From Eutreptiella sp. 'Long Island Sound 2002' (lineage: Eukaryota > Protista > Euglenida), in contig OZ038378.1 of the NCBI GenBank assembly GCA_964036045.1, positions 173,166,001-173,230,000 on the forward strand: a stretch of 64,000 nucleotides of DNA, in the 5' to 3' direction. Under the pieces are notes generated by a model that worked only from the letters and a program-made list of their open reading frames with translations, had not been told where the DNA came from and ran no database searches. Within the stretch, counting starts at the first letter, position 1. Every line of letters starts with the position of its first letter. The translations under genes and the position numbers were made by a program. Shown in pieces: positions 25,700 to 38,384 of this stretch.

Positions 25700-28560
25700 G
25701 TGCAACACAGGCTGAGCATGATACCCGTGACGATTAGGCATGCACCAGATTGGTTGCCTGCACCGGATTGGTTGCCATTGCCCGCAGTCGCAGCAGGGGG
25801 CCCGTCGTCACTGTGCAGTCCCAGACTTGGGTGGGTGAGGGCACAGCAGAGAAAATATGGGGGGGCGGGGGGCCAAGAGTGGACTAGAGTAGAGTAGAGG
25901 CAGAGAGGGACAGAGGCAGAGAGCAATGCTTTGTGGTGAACTTGACGCGATAACGGTGTTTGGGTGCAAATCCCTGCACTGTTCTCCACACTCCTGCGAC
26001 ATCTGGTGGTTCTCGCTGGCCGTGGTGGGGTTGGCTCAGTAGATGTCCACATGCAACAAATGCTTGACTTGTCAGAGAGCGCTCCAGCAGCTTCCACGGA
26101 CCTTCAAGTTGATATCCCAGACCCCAACATAATTCGATGCCAATGAGTGAACATCCCCCGATTGCAGCTGAACATACTTACTCGCACCAATATCAATCTT
26201 CATGAAATGCAGTTTCACAACAACCACGTGTTTGCCCTGCACTGGTCGCAGGCGTGTGTTTCGTTCCAGGCATCTGGAAGGAATAAGAAAACAATTTTGA
26301 CACCCTGGATTCAGGGGAGTAAGCTCCCATTCATTACCCCCCCCCCTTGCGAGCAACACTAAAGTTCCAAAAGTTGGCGGAAACAGCACCTGCTGTTGCT
26401 CTGACAAGGGCGTTGCTTTCGCAAGGGGGGGGGGGGGGGATGACGCTTTTTAGCAAAAGCAACTGTCTCAATGTTCTTAGTTGTGCCTCTTCTGATTGCA
26501 AGGTTCATATCCAAACACAGCTGCAGCAATGTTTGCCTGCGGGTGGCCATCAGACAGAAGGGGGGGCACCTGGGGCGGTGCATCCACCAAGCCGCTGTGT
26601 TAGCCCACCATTTCTCTCTCTGCATGGTGCCGGGCTGTGGCACCAACACACACGGCAATAGTCTTCAATGCAGAGTGCAAACACTCTGCCATGGTGGAGG
26701 GGGGGGGGGGTATTGGGGACATGCGCGTGGGGGAGGGGGGGGGGGGGGCACAAGGCCTCGGTATCTGATTGTTTGCCTTTGGCGGCGCCTATTGGCCTCT
26801 CGCCACTGCTCATTCTGACCCTCTGTGGGCCCGAACGTGTTTTGGTTGTGTCAACGGAGCCCCGGGGGGGGGGGGGGGGGAGTGGTAACTAGAGGGTGCG
26901 TAACACCCACTGCCAAACCCAAACCATGCATACCTCAAGGTTTCTAGGTCCTGCCTCATTTCTTTCAGGGGGGGGGCTGACTCAAATTGTTCAACGCCAA
27001 CAACTCAAGACAATTCTTGGAGTTTCTAGGTTTCTAGTTTCTGCCTCTGTCGGCACGTTTTTTCGTATGAGATCCAAGAGTTCTTGAGGTAATCTCAGCA
27101 ACTCCGGGTCTTGTGATTGCGACGAAAGGTCCAACAGTGGAGCAGAGAAAGGAATGTTGTCCATGTCTGAAGTGACAAGAAGCATGTATGAGGTGTGGAC
27201 AGGTTATTCCCTTTGACGAACAGAGCTGCTTTGGTCTGCTGTTGCAGAATGCCATGTTGTATGTCTACACAACATGGGTTGCACTCATGTGAGTCCCGTG
27301 CCACTCTGGTATTGTGAAGAGAGGATTTTGACCGCATGGGTTGCACATGCATACATCTAGAGCCACCCTAGGCAGTATCCAAATATATGTTTGTTTCATT
27401 TTCTGCCACCATCCATATAAGGGTGACGCTGAGCAATGGGTATGCACTCCCCAGGGATAAAAACATGGCTTTGGCGGTTCTATGGCACAGCGTATGAGCA
27501 AACAGACCGCAGCCATGCTTCATGGTTCTTCCGACCCACTCCAGTGTGTCTGGTAATTGTGGTCCCATGCTCTCCTTCTCAAGTACTACCATTTGTTGTG
27601 AATCTTGTTTCCTTCGAGCTATTGTTGTGTATCTGTATGTGAGTTGGTGTAGGGAGGGGATTTCGCAACAGATGGCGCACAACTCCACAGTCTGGTTTGA
27701 TGGTAGCCAGGTGTGTGTCCCCTTGCCAAGGAGGTGGGGGTCAACAACTGTTAGGGACTGGCCTCATTGCCCATTTTTGGCTTCTATTCACGTCAAAAAT
27801 GAATGGTGTTTCCACGGGGGGAGGGGGGTCAAAAAAACGTTTCTGGTTTCGGGGCCATTGAATTCCCCATATCATTCTGAGCATTTTGAATAGGCACAAC
27901 TGGCGTGAAATCATCGGACTTCAGCTGAAGTGTCCGCTCTTGTGCCCACCAATCATTTGAAGAAGCCAACTTACAGGCCCATTGGCAAAACTGCTGCGCA
28001 TAGGTTGGAGGGTCTTGAAGAGGGGAGGGAGGTCCAGCAGCCCCTGCACGCAACCAGCCCCCGCGGTAGTGGGCCATCGTTTCGTTCAATGGCCGAGAGG
28101 TCCAAGTGAGATCTGCAGTGAACCATTTGTGTGTAGTCACCTCCGCTGAGCGTTCTCTGCCCACAAACAACGGGACTGCTTTGACTGTACAAGACATGTT
28201 GGGCCAGCTGACCCCTGTCCTTGACGCCCCGCAGATCCTCAGCGGTCATTGGGGCAGTGTACGGATGATGGTGACTGACCTGATGAAGCAGCAGCTGAGG
28301 CAAAGGCAGCAAGAAGGGCACAATACAGCGGAGGATGTCAGCATGTATGACATATCCCAGTTGCATTGCGGCTGGGTGAGCTGGCGATTGGGAGTATTGA
28401 ATCTAACAGGGCTGAGCGACTGTATATTTGAGATTCCATCCCCAACGAGGATGGCAGCGTGTTTGCTGTTCGTACAGCTTTGACATCTACACAGCGTGCT
28501 CTTGAGAGCAGACTTTCAATCAGTGCGACTCTGTGCGCGTTTGGAGTCACACGTTTTGGT
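25700..28560 (-). pseudogene. Degenerate non-LTR retrotransposon remnant
   Basis: FTPVVPIQNAQNDMGNSMAPKPE resembles PFT..E...A...M...KAPGPD; NYVGVWDINLK resembles YLGV; PCCDCGQ resembles the C-terminal cysteine motif. Minus-strand order is plausible; heavily decayed. Confidence 0.4.
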
Positions 28561-29843
28561 TATGGGTTTCACACCTATTCATCCATTTGAAACATGGGGT
28601 GCACGCGAAGGCACACACAACCTCGCAGGTTCACATGCACAAAAAAAAAGACACGCTAATGAAGGTTGATCTGTTGACACCATCGCTTCAACACAGAGAG
28701 TATGGCCGCGGCACAACAAAGCGTGGCATTGTGCGGCTGTGGTAAGGGGAGGGTCGAGAAGCCTCATCAAGCTCCCTCCAGGCAGGGGTGAGGAATGACT
28801 TCAAACAACGTTGCTTCATTTGTGCTGCGTTGGAAGATCGGGGCAGTATGTCAAAGCGTTGGGGCTCAAGTGCAACCATAACCACAACCATAACACTCAC
28901 AACCACAACCACGACAGCGACTACAATAAGACATGAATCTAGCGGTCATCAAATATGTTCACAGTTGTGCACCAATGTTCACATTTTTCATTTGTGGGAC
29001 GCGAAGGATTCACAAAAACAAAAAAGTGGGTGTGTCACAAACTGAAAGTCTGCTGGAGGGATCAAGTAAATAAGTGGCATCAATTGACAGGCAAGCACCA
29101 ACATTCTGCAGAAAACTTGTGGTTGCGGCATGCGGCAGCGCTTCCAGCTGTTGGTGGGAGGACATTTGTGGGGGCCGGATGTGTTGGCTCAGACTAGCGG
29201 GGCAGCCAAGTACATGTCTCCACGTGGTGAAGGACTGCGCAGACTGCACACATTCAACAAGTGAGTCAAGGGCAGCCCGCAATCCCTTTGCCCTCGATGT
29301 CGCCCCTTCAGAAACAGAGGCAGAAACAGAGGTCGGGGTGGCGCCGCTCAAAGGTAACTGTGCCTGTGGTCCGAGCCTCCAGTGCTTGCCCATGGTATTC
29401 TGCGGGGTCCCACAGTGGCAATCCAGGTTGGCCCTCCAGCGTCGCAATGGAGCAGTTCATAGTTCACAGTGCCCGACGCACACCCAACAGCACCCCACGC
29501 ACAGGAAGGGCGCAGGACTGGCGCAACAGTCCGTTAGAGGCACGGGCAACACGGATCGACACGGTGGACATACGCAAAGCACAGGAGACGGCAAGTGTAC
29601 GAGTCGAACAGCTTGTGAATGTGAAAATGGGTGTGGACTGTGGACTGTGGACACTGCGGACAACGAGCATTGCGACTGCGGCAAAGGGGAACCTTCCCAC
29701 GCCTGCGATTGGCACGGCAAGGACAAGAACTCGCCGAGAAGGGCGCTGGCACGGGCACCGACAAGGACTCGTCTCTGGTGAACGCCTGGTCGGGCTGCAG
29801 CCACGATACCAGTCAAAGAGGAGGAACGCATGTTTATCATGTC

Positions 29844-29881
<38 letters not shown>

Positions 29882-30124
29882 AGGGACACAAGGGGAAACT
29901 ACACCAGCCATGAAACACAAATTGGGATTCACAGACTGCACCATGAAGCAATGCGGCCCAGTCGCATGGAGCCCTTGCCCTCTCCATTCGGCGTCCGGCA
30001 CGGGTACCACTGACATCCGCAGCCTCCGGCACGTGGTTGCGCTCACACCCGGGGATCTCCTGCAGTGCCCAAGGAACGGCGCAGGAGCAGCGCTGCCGTG
30101 GCCGGACCACCAGCCAAAACGGGG

Positions 30125-32266
30125 TCAGAATCGACAGTGATCAATGGATGTCAAACCGAAATCCTCCTCAAAGAAATTGTGAACGCCATCAATGTCACAC
30201 AAAGAAATCTGCAGCCGTCGCAGTGATCGGGAGCTCCTCAGCTGCGAGACAAGCGCCCGGGTGCGATCGGGGTCAAAGGGGTTGTCCCCAAGGTCCAGGA
30301 AAAGGGTGTGCAGTGCGACCGCATCCCTCAGCGCCGCCAGGGCCCGCAGTCCGGCAGCTCGGATCTGGGAGTGGCTGAGTCGAAGCGTGAGGGCACGCAG
30401 ACCGGGCGCTACCTGCCGCGCCATGAGCGCCAGGACCGCCTTGTCGTCCAACGCGTTGCGGCAGAGCGCCAGCCGGAGGGTGCGCAGGCACGCCCACCGC
30501 TGCAGCGCCGCCACGGACTGCACCCCCGCCACGCCGATGCCGTTGCCCCTCAGACTTAGAGTCAGGGTACGCAATCCCGCGCCACCGTGGCCCTGCCCAC
30601 TGACCGCGCTCCCCGCGCCCAGCGCCCCCACCAGCGCCTGCACGCCGTAGTCCCCGAGCCCATTGTCGGACAGGTCCAACGCAATGCTGCGCAGCGACGG
30701 CGTCCAGGTCAGCGCCCCCATCGCCTGAGCCCCCGCTCGCAAAAGCCGGTTCCCCCGCAGGTCCACCGCCAGCCGCCGCAAACGAGGGGCCTGCCTCAGC
30801 GCCACAAGCGCCTGCGCGCCGGCAGAGCCGATGCGGTTGCGCTCCAGCAGCAGCACGAGGGTGTGGAGTGCGGGCAGCGCGTGCAGCGACCCCAGCGCCT
30901 GCGCCCCCTCCGCCCCCACGGCGCAGGCGCGCAGGGCGAGGCGCAGCGCGCGCAGCGTCGTGGCCCCCGCCAGGGCCGCCAGGGCGCGCCCGCCCCCGGG
31001 GCCGAGGGGGTTGTGGCTGAGGTCGAGGGCGAGGGTCCGCAGGCCCAGGGCGCGGTCCCGCAGGCCCCCCAGCAGGTCCTCGACCGCGGCGGGCCCCAGG
31101 CCGTTGTGCGACACGTTGAGGGTCAGGGCGGTGAGGGACAGAGGGCGCGGCAGACCCGCGAAGGCGCGGGCGCCGCCGCGCTCCCCCACGCCGTTCATCG
31201 CGACGTCGAGGGTGAGTCGGCGTAGGTGGGGGCCCGCGGCCAGGGCCACGAGATGCCGCAGGCCCTCGTCCGTCACGCCGTTGCGCGTGAGCTGCAGCGT
31301 GAGGGTGCGCAGCCCCGGGACCTCCGCCAGGGCCCCAAGGGCCTCTGCCCCGGCGTCCCCCAGTTCCAGTTCGTCCAAGGACAGCGTCAGCGTGTGCAGC
31401 GCCGGCGCGTGCCGCAGCGCCGCCACCAGCGACCGCACGGCCAGGCCGTGCGGGTCGACACACCAGAAGGCCAAGGCCAGGGAGTGCAGCCGCCGGGCGT
31501 CCAACAGCGCGGCAAGATCCGGTGCAGCACCAACCGCGGCAAAGTGCACGTCGTGCACGTCAAGGCTGAGGGCTTGCAGGGCCGGGGCCTGACTCAGGGT
31601 CGCGAGGGCCGCGAACCCACTGGCCCGGATGCCGCGTGCGCACCAGAGGTCGATGGCCAGGCTGCGCAGCCGCGGGGCGTCACGCAGGGCCTGAAGAGCG
31701 CAGGCGCCGTCGTCCGTGATGCGTGAGGGCTCGCGAGGAATGCCATGGCACAGGTCGCCGAAGAGCGGGGGGGGCGGGGGGGCGAGGCGGCCGCCGAAGT
31801 CCAGCGTGAGGCTCCGCAGCGCGGGGGCGCGCCTGAGCTCCGCGAGGGCCTGGACGCCCGCATCCCCGACGCACGTCCCCGACAGATGCAGGGCCAGGGT
31901 GTGCAGCGTCCCCACGTGCTGCAGGGCGGCGAGGGCTTGCGCCCCTCGGTCCCCCATTCGGGTGCCGTAGCCCAGCACCGTCAGGTCCGCCAGCCCTGGG
32001 ACGTCCCGCAACGCCGCGAGCCCTGAGGCCTCACCGTCAGTCATATGGGAACAGCAGAGGACCAGGTGGCGCACGGGGTGCTGCTGCAGTTGGCGCATCC
32101 GCTGTGCCAAGGTGTCCGCGTTGACGCGGCACAGCACGTGGCGTCTCCGGAGCCAGGCCCACAACTGCCCGCAGACGTGGCTGAGCTCCGCGGACTGTAC
32201 GTAGTCGTGAATCTCCTGCCAAATCTCGTGGGGGAGAACGTCACAGATACCAACAGAATGAGACAT
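30125..32266 (-). CDS. Intronless F-box-like / ribonuclease-inhibitor-type LRR protein (~713 aa)
   Basis: A 2.1-kb open frame with N-terminal DVLPHEIWQEIHDYV (F-box-like) followed by many ~28-aa LxxLxLDLSxNxxGxxGAxAL repeats. First ATG is at 32266, just after gtgcag|gtctct; the ORF track starts at GTG 32278. Confidence 0.88.
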   Translation of the reverse strand: MSHSVGICDVLPHEIWQEIHDYVQSAELSHVCGQLWAWLRRRHVLCRVNADTLAQRMRQLQQHPVRHLVLCCSHMTDGEASGLAALRDVPGLADLTVLGYGTRMGDRGAQALAALQHVGTLHTLALHLSGTCVGDAGVQALAELRRAPALRSLTLDFGGRLAPPPPPLFGDLCHGIPREPSRITDDGACALQALRDAPRLRSLAIDLWCARGIRASGFAALATLSQAPALQALSLDVHDVHFAAVGAAPDLAALLDARRLHSLALAFWCVDPHGLAVRSLVAALRHAPALHTLTLSLDELELGDAGAEALGALAEVPGLRTLTLQLTRNGVTDEGLRHLVALAAGPHLRRLTLDVAMNGVGERGGARAFAGLPRPLSLTALTLNVSHNGLGPAAVEDLLGGLRDRALGLRTLALDLSHNPLGPGGGRALAALAGATTLRALRLALRACAVGAEGAQALGSLHALPALHTLVLLLERNRIGSAGAQALVALRQAPRLRRLAVDLRGNRLLRAGAQAMGALTWTPSLRSIALDLSDNGLGDYGVQALVGALGAGSAVSGQGHGGAGLRTLTLSLRGNGIGVAGVQSVAALQRWACLRTLRLALCRNALDDKAVLALMARQVAPGLRALTLRLSHSQIRAAGLRALAALRDAVALHTLFLDLGDNPFDPDRTRALVSQLRSSRSLRRLQISLCDIDGVHNFFEEDFGLTSIDHCRF

Positions 32267-33499
32267 AGAGACCTGCACGAGTGGAGGAGCGTGGACAGAA
32301 GCAAATTGAGAGCCAAACTGTTCGGGAGCCCCTCCGCTGCACCCGCCGCTCCCGGAGGCCTCTCAGAGTGGGCGGAGATCAGGGCTTTGATGGAGGATTG
32401 ACACACGACAATGGTGGGGGGGCCAGGCTGCATTTGCAAACATGACGCCGAAAGAAAGTAATGGCCATTGCGACACAGACATTGCACTCTCACCTACGAG
32501 GCTGCACTCCCACTCCCATCCCTTATCCGCCCCCCACACTTGACCTCAACCAACCAGCTAGTCATACAAAGACATGGCACTGCACCCCCCCCCCTTTGTG
32601 AGAACAGCAGTAGAATTCCAAATTTTGACGGGTTTGCGCGCGGTGAGCAGACACATGACAGAAACCTTCATCCCCAAAATACCATCCGCAGCCCCAAATC
32701 ACAGAAAAAACTGGATCTTCTTGGACAACAAGAAAAATGGAACCGCCAAATGCCGGGGTTCCAAAAGGTGCGAAAACAAAGAAGCCGATTAAGGTCCTGC
32801 ACGCTGTGTGTACAGGGGTCGGCGCAGAAGCAGGACGTGGCAGAGCCACTGTGCCGACCCCCAAGCCTCACCCTTAGTGTACACAGCGCGAGAGAAGGAC
32901 CCACGCCAAGGGCTCAGGTGTCTTCACTGTGGGCCCTACCGTGCCCCTTGCCCGGGGTCCCGATCCTCTTGAGGGCGCCAACGCTCTCCCCTTCCCCTCA
33001 TCCCCTGGTGGCGTCACAGTGGCCGATCTGGCAAAGCCCAGAGCGAAGAGGCCGCATGCCGCAGCTGAGCGCTGACGCCCTTGTGCTGGTGCTCTGCCCG
33101 CTGTGTTGGCCCCCGCAACCCCCCGACCTTGCTTGGGCTTGCTGGGGGTGGAGAGCCCTAGCGATCCGGCTTGCACCAGTCGCTTGCCCCCTGCCGTGGG
33201 ACGTCGGATTGCCGAGGGCTGGCTGGGGTCCCCTTGCCCCCCACCCTCTCTTGCGGGGCTGCCGGCTGGCTACCCCCCTGTGCCTCTGCCCCCCCCCGGT
33301 TGGAGGCTCCGCTTTTGGTGGCAACTGCAACGCCGTCGTGGTCGCCCCACACCCTGCCGGCTCCCGGCTAGCGGCGGTGGGGGGGCGGGGGTAGGAGGCC
33401 TATGCTTAGACTAGCCCGCTATGTTGCTCCTGAACTTATTGCGACGCCCCGTGTGGCCCCACCCACCCACCTTGTCCCTTTTGTTGGCGCCCCTGAAGA

Positions 33500-33690
33500 G
33501 GCAGTCTCCTGAAGAGCACACAAGACACGGCACGAGGACTCCTGCTTGCCAAAAACAATTCTTCAAGAATACGCCCTAGCCCGACACACACCTCTGAATA
33601 CTTCGCCAGTGCCGTGAGTCATACAAAGCACACGGTGCAAGTTTGAAACGTTGGGAGTCAAAATATGTGTGTCAGGAATGCAGAGTCTAT
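33500..33690 (+). repeat. Dispersed ~190-bp repeat (second copy at about 44470-44640)
   Basis: ctgaagagcac...cttgccaaaaacaa(t/c)tcttcaagaatacgcc...gaatacttcgccagtg is shared between the two sites. Confidence 0.75.
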
Positions 33691-34134
33691 TAGGATCCAT
33701 GAAACCACCCTTACAACACCCATAGCGATCACATCCTCCCTCGGATGGGTGTATCCGCCGTGCACCCCCCCCACTAGCTCTCGCACGCACGGCCCAACCC
33801 CTCATTCCCATGACAGCAGGCTCCGTTGCAGGGAAGCGGATAATTGGCCCCTGGGGTCTTGGGATTCATGGTGCTGACAATCAACGGTATCCATGTCCCC
33901 ATCCTCAATGTTGACCACCAACATGGCATCCTGCCGGCGGGTGGCGGGCGTCCGCCACAAACTGGTCAGGTGTGCCGCCACACATCTAGCTCTCGCCGCA
34001 CCTGTCTTTAGGACCTTCATCGCCCACAGTCTGACTCAATGCAGCATTCAAGTCGACGGAGTTGTGCATCGGACGCCCAGTGCGGCTCCAAAGGAACACA
34101 TGGCAACGGCAATGGAGGCCCGCTAAAGCGTTCA

Positions 34135-34512
34135 CTAGTTGGCACAGCGGTGGAAATGGACGCGCCGCCATTCCCCATTTTCACGTTGCCATACCCGTGT
34201 CTCCTCAAAAGTTGTGGTCCTCAGTTTCCCGTCAGAATCAATTGTCTGCGTCAACCACACGTAACTGACGACACCGGCATCGGCGCCCAGGAACCGCACT
34301 TGAGGCATTGAGATGGTGCTCCCCTTGGGCCCCTTGTTAAACTAGTACTTGTGGAACTGCAACCCTTCGATGAGGTGTCCCCGTGCCTCGCGCTCAAAGG
34401 CACTCAGTATAGGGTCGCACAGCCGCTGGTAGGTCTGCCAGTCACTGGTGGCAATGGCCTCCAGCAGCTGTCGGTTCAGGCTGATAAGATGCTCCCGTTC
34501 CTCTTGCGACAT
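34135..34512 (-). pseudogene. CaMKII association (hub)-domain frame, 125 codons plus stop, interrupted by one in-frame TAG
   Basis: MSQEEREHLISLNRQLLEAIATSDWQTYQRLCDPILSAFEREARGHLIEGLQFHKY*FNKGPKGSTISMPQVRFLGADAGVVSYVWLTQTIDSDGKLRTTTFEETRVWQRENGEWRRVHFHRCAN* is colinear with the CaMKII hub (QLIEAI..GDF..Y..CDP..TAFEPEA.G.L.EG..FH.FYF...EETRVW....G.W..VHFH). TAG at 34344-34342; acceptor ttttaccgcag| lies 6 nt before the ATG. Confidence 0.88.
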
Positions 34513-37500
34513 TTCAGCCTGCGGTAAAAGGGTGCGCCTTCATTCCCTCACCAACAGTTGCTGCCTAATGCCATGCGGCTATCAATCTCCGGGAAATTTT
34601 TGGGGGAAACAAAGCTTCCATCTCACTGCCAATCAATCTCCGGAAAATTTTTGGGGGGAACAAAGCTGCCATCTCACTGCCAACCACCCTGAGGATAACA
34701 GCCAACAACCATCGTTGGCTAACCATGTTTTCACAGGGGATCAATGGCGGTCACCTGTTGACTAGGTAACAATCACCTGCTGACCTGAAGGTTTTAGACT
34801 GTCCTTCACCAAACACAACAACAAGCCTGTCACTTAAGGCAACCCTTGTGTGGCGTGAGGATGTTGATGGTTGTTGAATCTTGAAATTTTCACTTCACAT
34901 GAGGAAAATGTTATGCAAGTAAAAAACAATTGTAATATGGAACCAATCTCCTCATCACATGGATTCCAAAAAATACTATTTCCAGTAGTTCTGGATTTTA
35001 GGGTCTAGGTTACGTCCAGGCTTATCCAGTCCGGCTGGGGCACAAAACCGCGACCAGGCCATACATCAAAAATGGTTGGAGATAACTTGATGGAAGATCC
35101 ACGTGAGTAGTTTTTCACCATAATGTGAGACCCAATTTGTTGTAATGTAATGCAAGCAATTTCAAAAGTATCAAGAAACCCCCAAAAAAGAAGCATAATG
35201 CGACTTTTTTTTTATTGCAATGCAAATATCAATTTTTTCTAACCGGTGCTATAGTTAGGAAAATGTCCAGGGTTTCTTGGTCCCCATGCCCAAAGACCAA
35301 AAAAAGTGTCTGCAGGCTGGGGTTGTAAAAAGACACAAGCAGTTCTCTTTTCCCCCCATCAATGCTGCTCGCTCAAGGTCATGCCATTTGGAAATTGGAA
35401 ATGGTTGCCTTCCCCGCCCCCAAACGCATGCAAAAACCTCTCAAGAGCCACGGGCTGTGTGCGCTCCCTACAATCAACCTTACCCTTATCCCAACCCCTT
35501 CTTCTATTGCGTGGTAGTACGGGGCTTGCAACAGGTCATTTCAAGAAAGCTGAGTCAAAACAAAGAGCTCTGGTCACCCTGGTCACTCCTTCCCATTCCT
35601 CTGCAACCTTCAGGAGCCATCAAAAATCGTTGGCAACCCTGTCCAACACCCTGAACACTCTGTAATCCCTTCAGCACTGTCAGCACTGCGCAGTCGAATT
35701 GTGGCCTCCAAGTAAAAAAAAAATCTGCCTCCAATCAGGGAATTGGGTTCAACCTAAGCACCTATATTAGTGGTCTTCAAATGAATCACTACGTACAAAT
35801 GCAGAGCGGTAGTATGCTGCGCTTTGTTAAGCGGAGAGCCCCACACATGTACATCTGGCATGTATACCTTGCTGGCAGAACGTCTCTGCAAACTTGCTTG
35901 GCTGCTTTTAACAGCGACTGTTGCCCAGAACACTATGTACAGATGTTCCAGACATCGACAAGACTCTGTACACGAACCTGCCGCATCCCGGCTGGGGATG
36001 TCGGTGGACGACTTATGCCACCAATACCATACATATCTTTGGTATGGGCTCTTAATGTGTAAGAGAGGGCCTCAGATCAGAGAATGGGTGTATAACTGAA
36101 GCTCACCCTCAAGCAGCAGGGCACGTGCCTTATGCTGGAGAACAGTGGGCTGAGGGGCAACCCTGTGGCAACTGTGCATGTCTGGTGGGCACGCAAAGCC
36201 TTCTTTGCGGGTCTGAAATCGAGTGGTCGGCCAAACAGCAAATTGCCAACCCAAATTTTGACTGGGATTACAACGAAGCACATTGCCAAATGCTACAGCA
36301 TGAGCCACATGTAGTGCAATCTGTGTGGGGCAGGCCATGCACTGTTCCCTGCCTCGGTGATAACCACAAACGCCATCATCTGGTGCAACAGATGCCAATG
36401 ATTGCACCCGAAAGGGCAGAGTGGTTATTCATTGACAGCATACGCTAAGAGAGGGCGTCGCACTTCAGAGTGGGTAAGCGAGACATGGGCCATGTTGGCT
36501 TGTGGTACGCGTGAATGGGAGCAGGGAGGGGGGGGGGGGGGCTGCATACTATTCACGAGGATGGCCGCACAACGGTTGTGCTCCAGGATAGTATGCCCGT
36601 AGACCGGTCAACCCGGTTTTGAGGCTATTTGACGCCCTATTTTTCTTCCTCAATGCTGTCAATAACAATGATATTGCTTCACAATGGTATAGCATGAATG
36701 GCGATGCTGTCATATTGTCTGTTGGAGAATATTGAACCAACCACTGCGTGCACAATGTTCTGTTGATCACCTGAAAACGATTGGGTGCCATGGCAGCGTC
36801 AGACGTGGGCGACGGTGTACCATGGGCGACAGTGGGGCCTGTGGGGACAGTGGGGACAGTGGGGCCTGCAACGTCTGTGACACCACGACCGACGGCATTG
36901 TCCTCAATCAGCACGCGTGTCGACGAGCGGTCCTCCGACATAAGACTCAGGTCCCGAAAACCCCTCCAACTGCTCTCGGCCCTTGACAAAAATAGAAAGA
37001 ACTCACTCGCCGAGCACAGCCCAACAGCACGGGGCCACAGCAGTGCAGCAGGCGCAACAGATGTGTATATCGGTAAATCAGGGCACAAGCACATCCGCGT
37101 CAGCATGTCAGTGGGTGCCTGTCGGGTGCGTGTCGAGTATTGTCAGCATACAGACTTTTTGATAGTTTGCAATGCAGCACATTCTCGTTACCCTGCAGTG
37201 CCTCTGGCACACAAAAAGTCCTCATGGATTAGGACGGGTCCTTTTTCTTGAATGAGGGAGGGGCCTCGTGATGTTTTCATCCTTTTTCAGGGATGACGTG
37301 TTTGCAAGAGTGCCCAGTGCCCAACAGCACCAGACGCACACCCTATGGCGCCAGACGCACCCGACAGCACCCGAGAGCACCCGACTGCACGTTGGTCTGT
37401 TGACACCATTGCTCTCCACCAAAAGGAGAGACTCGGCCCCCCTCCACAAGCTCAGCTTGCAGGGCGTAGGTAGTTCACCTTGGCTCTGTCTGTCACTCCG

Positions 37501-38015
37501 TGTTATGTGTGGTTGGTGTTGTTTGGGGATTGTTAATTGATGTTGACACATCTCACGTGTTTCGGGTGTTGCGTGCTCCGTTGTTGGTCGCCCCCACCCC
37601 CACCCCTCCTTCGCAACAACCAGCACCGTTGCATTGCTTGTCCACCGCCTGGTCGTTAGACAAAATAGGGGTAAAACAGCGCTGTTTCTGCAAACTGGGA
37701 CCTGAGGCAAATCAGCCTATGCCCCTCCGCAGAAATGCGAAGCCCCTGCTACAAACATGCCGTCAAGGAGGTGCGAAGGAGGGAGGGGATGAAAGATGGG
37801 ATGGGATTATGTCGAACACCGTATCGGCGTCCACTGGGTACGGAGGGGGGGGAGGGTGGCATCTCACCAAATGCGCCGGGGGGGGGGGGGCTGGGAGGGG
37901 CGGATTCGATGGCCAATGAGGCCGCCAAGGGCGGACATGATGGCGAGCCTGGCCGTGGATACGAGGGGAAGGACGTAGGCAAAAGAGACTGCGGAGAGGC
38001 GCCACGCCAACCGCC

Positions 38016-38384
38016 TCATGCAACTGGAGTGGAAGGCGTCACAGAGTGGGGGCTGCACTGCGACTGCTTCACCATCAGCAACCCTTCACAAAAAGCAGTC
38101 ACCACGTCAGCGTCGCTGGCAATGCATTGCCTCCAGCCGGGCGTTGTCAGCACCCGGCGGTGGGTGCAGATGTACCGCACTGCCTTGTTCTTGAGTTCTT
38201 GCAGAGAGTGCAGGTGTGCGGTGGCGAAGATGCGGCACACGTTGCTATCCGACAGCAACAGTGGCAACACGTCTAAACACTGCTCCTTCAGACGGGACAG
38301 TTCGTAGGTAATGGCGAGCTCGAGCACCTCCGCCTCGACGTCAAGGAGACTCCCAACTCTGCCGGTGTACAGAAAGCGCTTCAT
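38016..38384 (-). CDS. MATH-BTB (SPOP-like) protein, exon 4 (BTB end and BACK-like region)
   Basis: ctcccag|ATG; MKRFLYTGRV...LELAITYEL..LKEQC...A..H....LK..A..YI; the extreme 3' end is less certain. Confidence 0.85.
   Translation of the reverse strand: MKRFLYTGRVGSLLDVEAEVLELAITYELSRLKEQCLDVLPLLLSDSNVCRIFATAHLHSLQELKNKAVRYICTHRRVLTTPGWRQCIASDADVVTAFCEGLLMVKQSQCSPHSVTPSTPVA

Noticed and set aside
30192-32401. Numerous overlapping ORFs around the LRR gene
   Set aside because: They are GC-rich shadow frames; only the minus frame ending at 30125 has a coherent repeat pattern.
34900-36450. Possible plus-strand RT traces
   Set aside because: The motif matches are too weak to support by eye.
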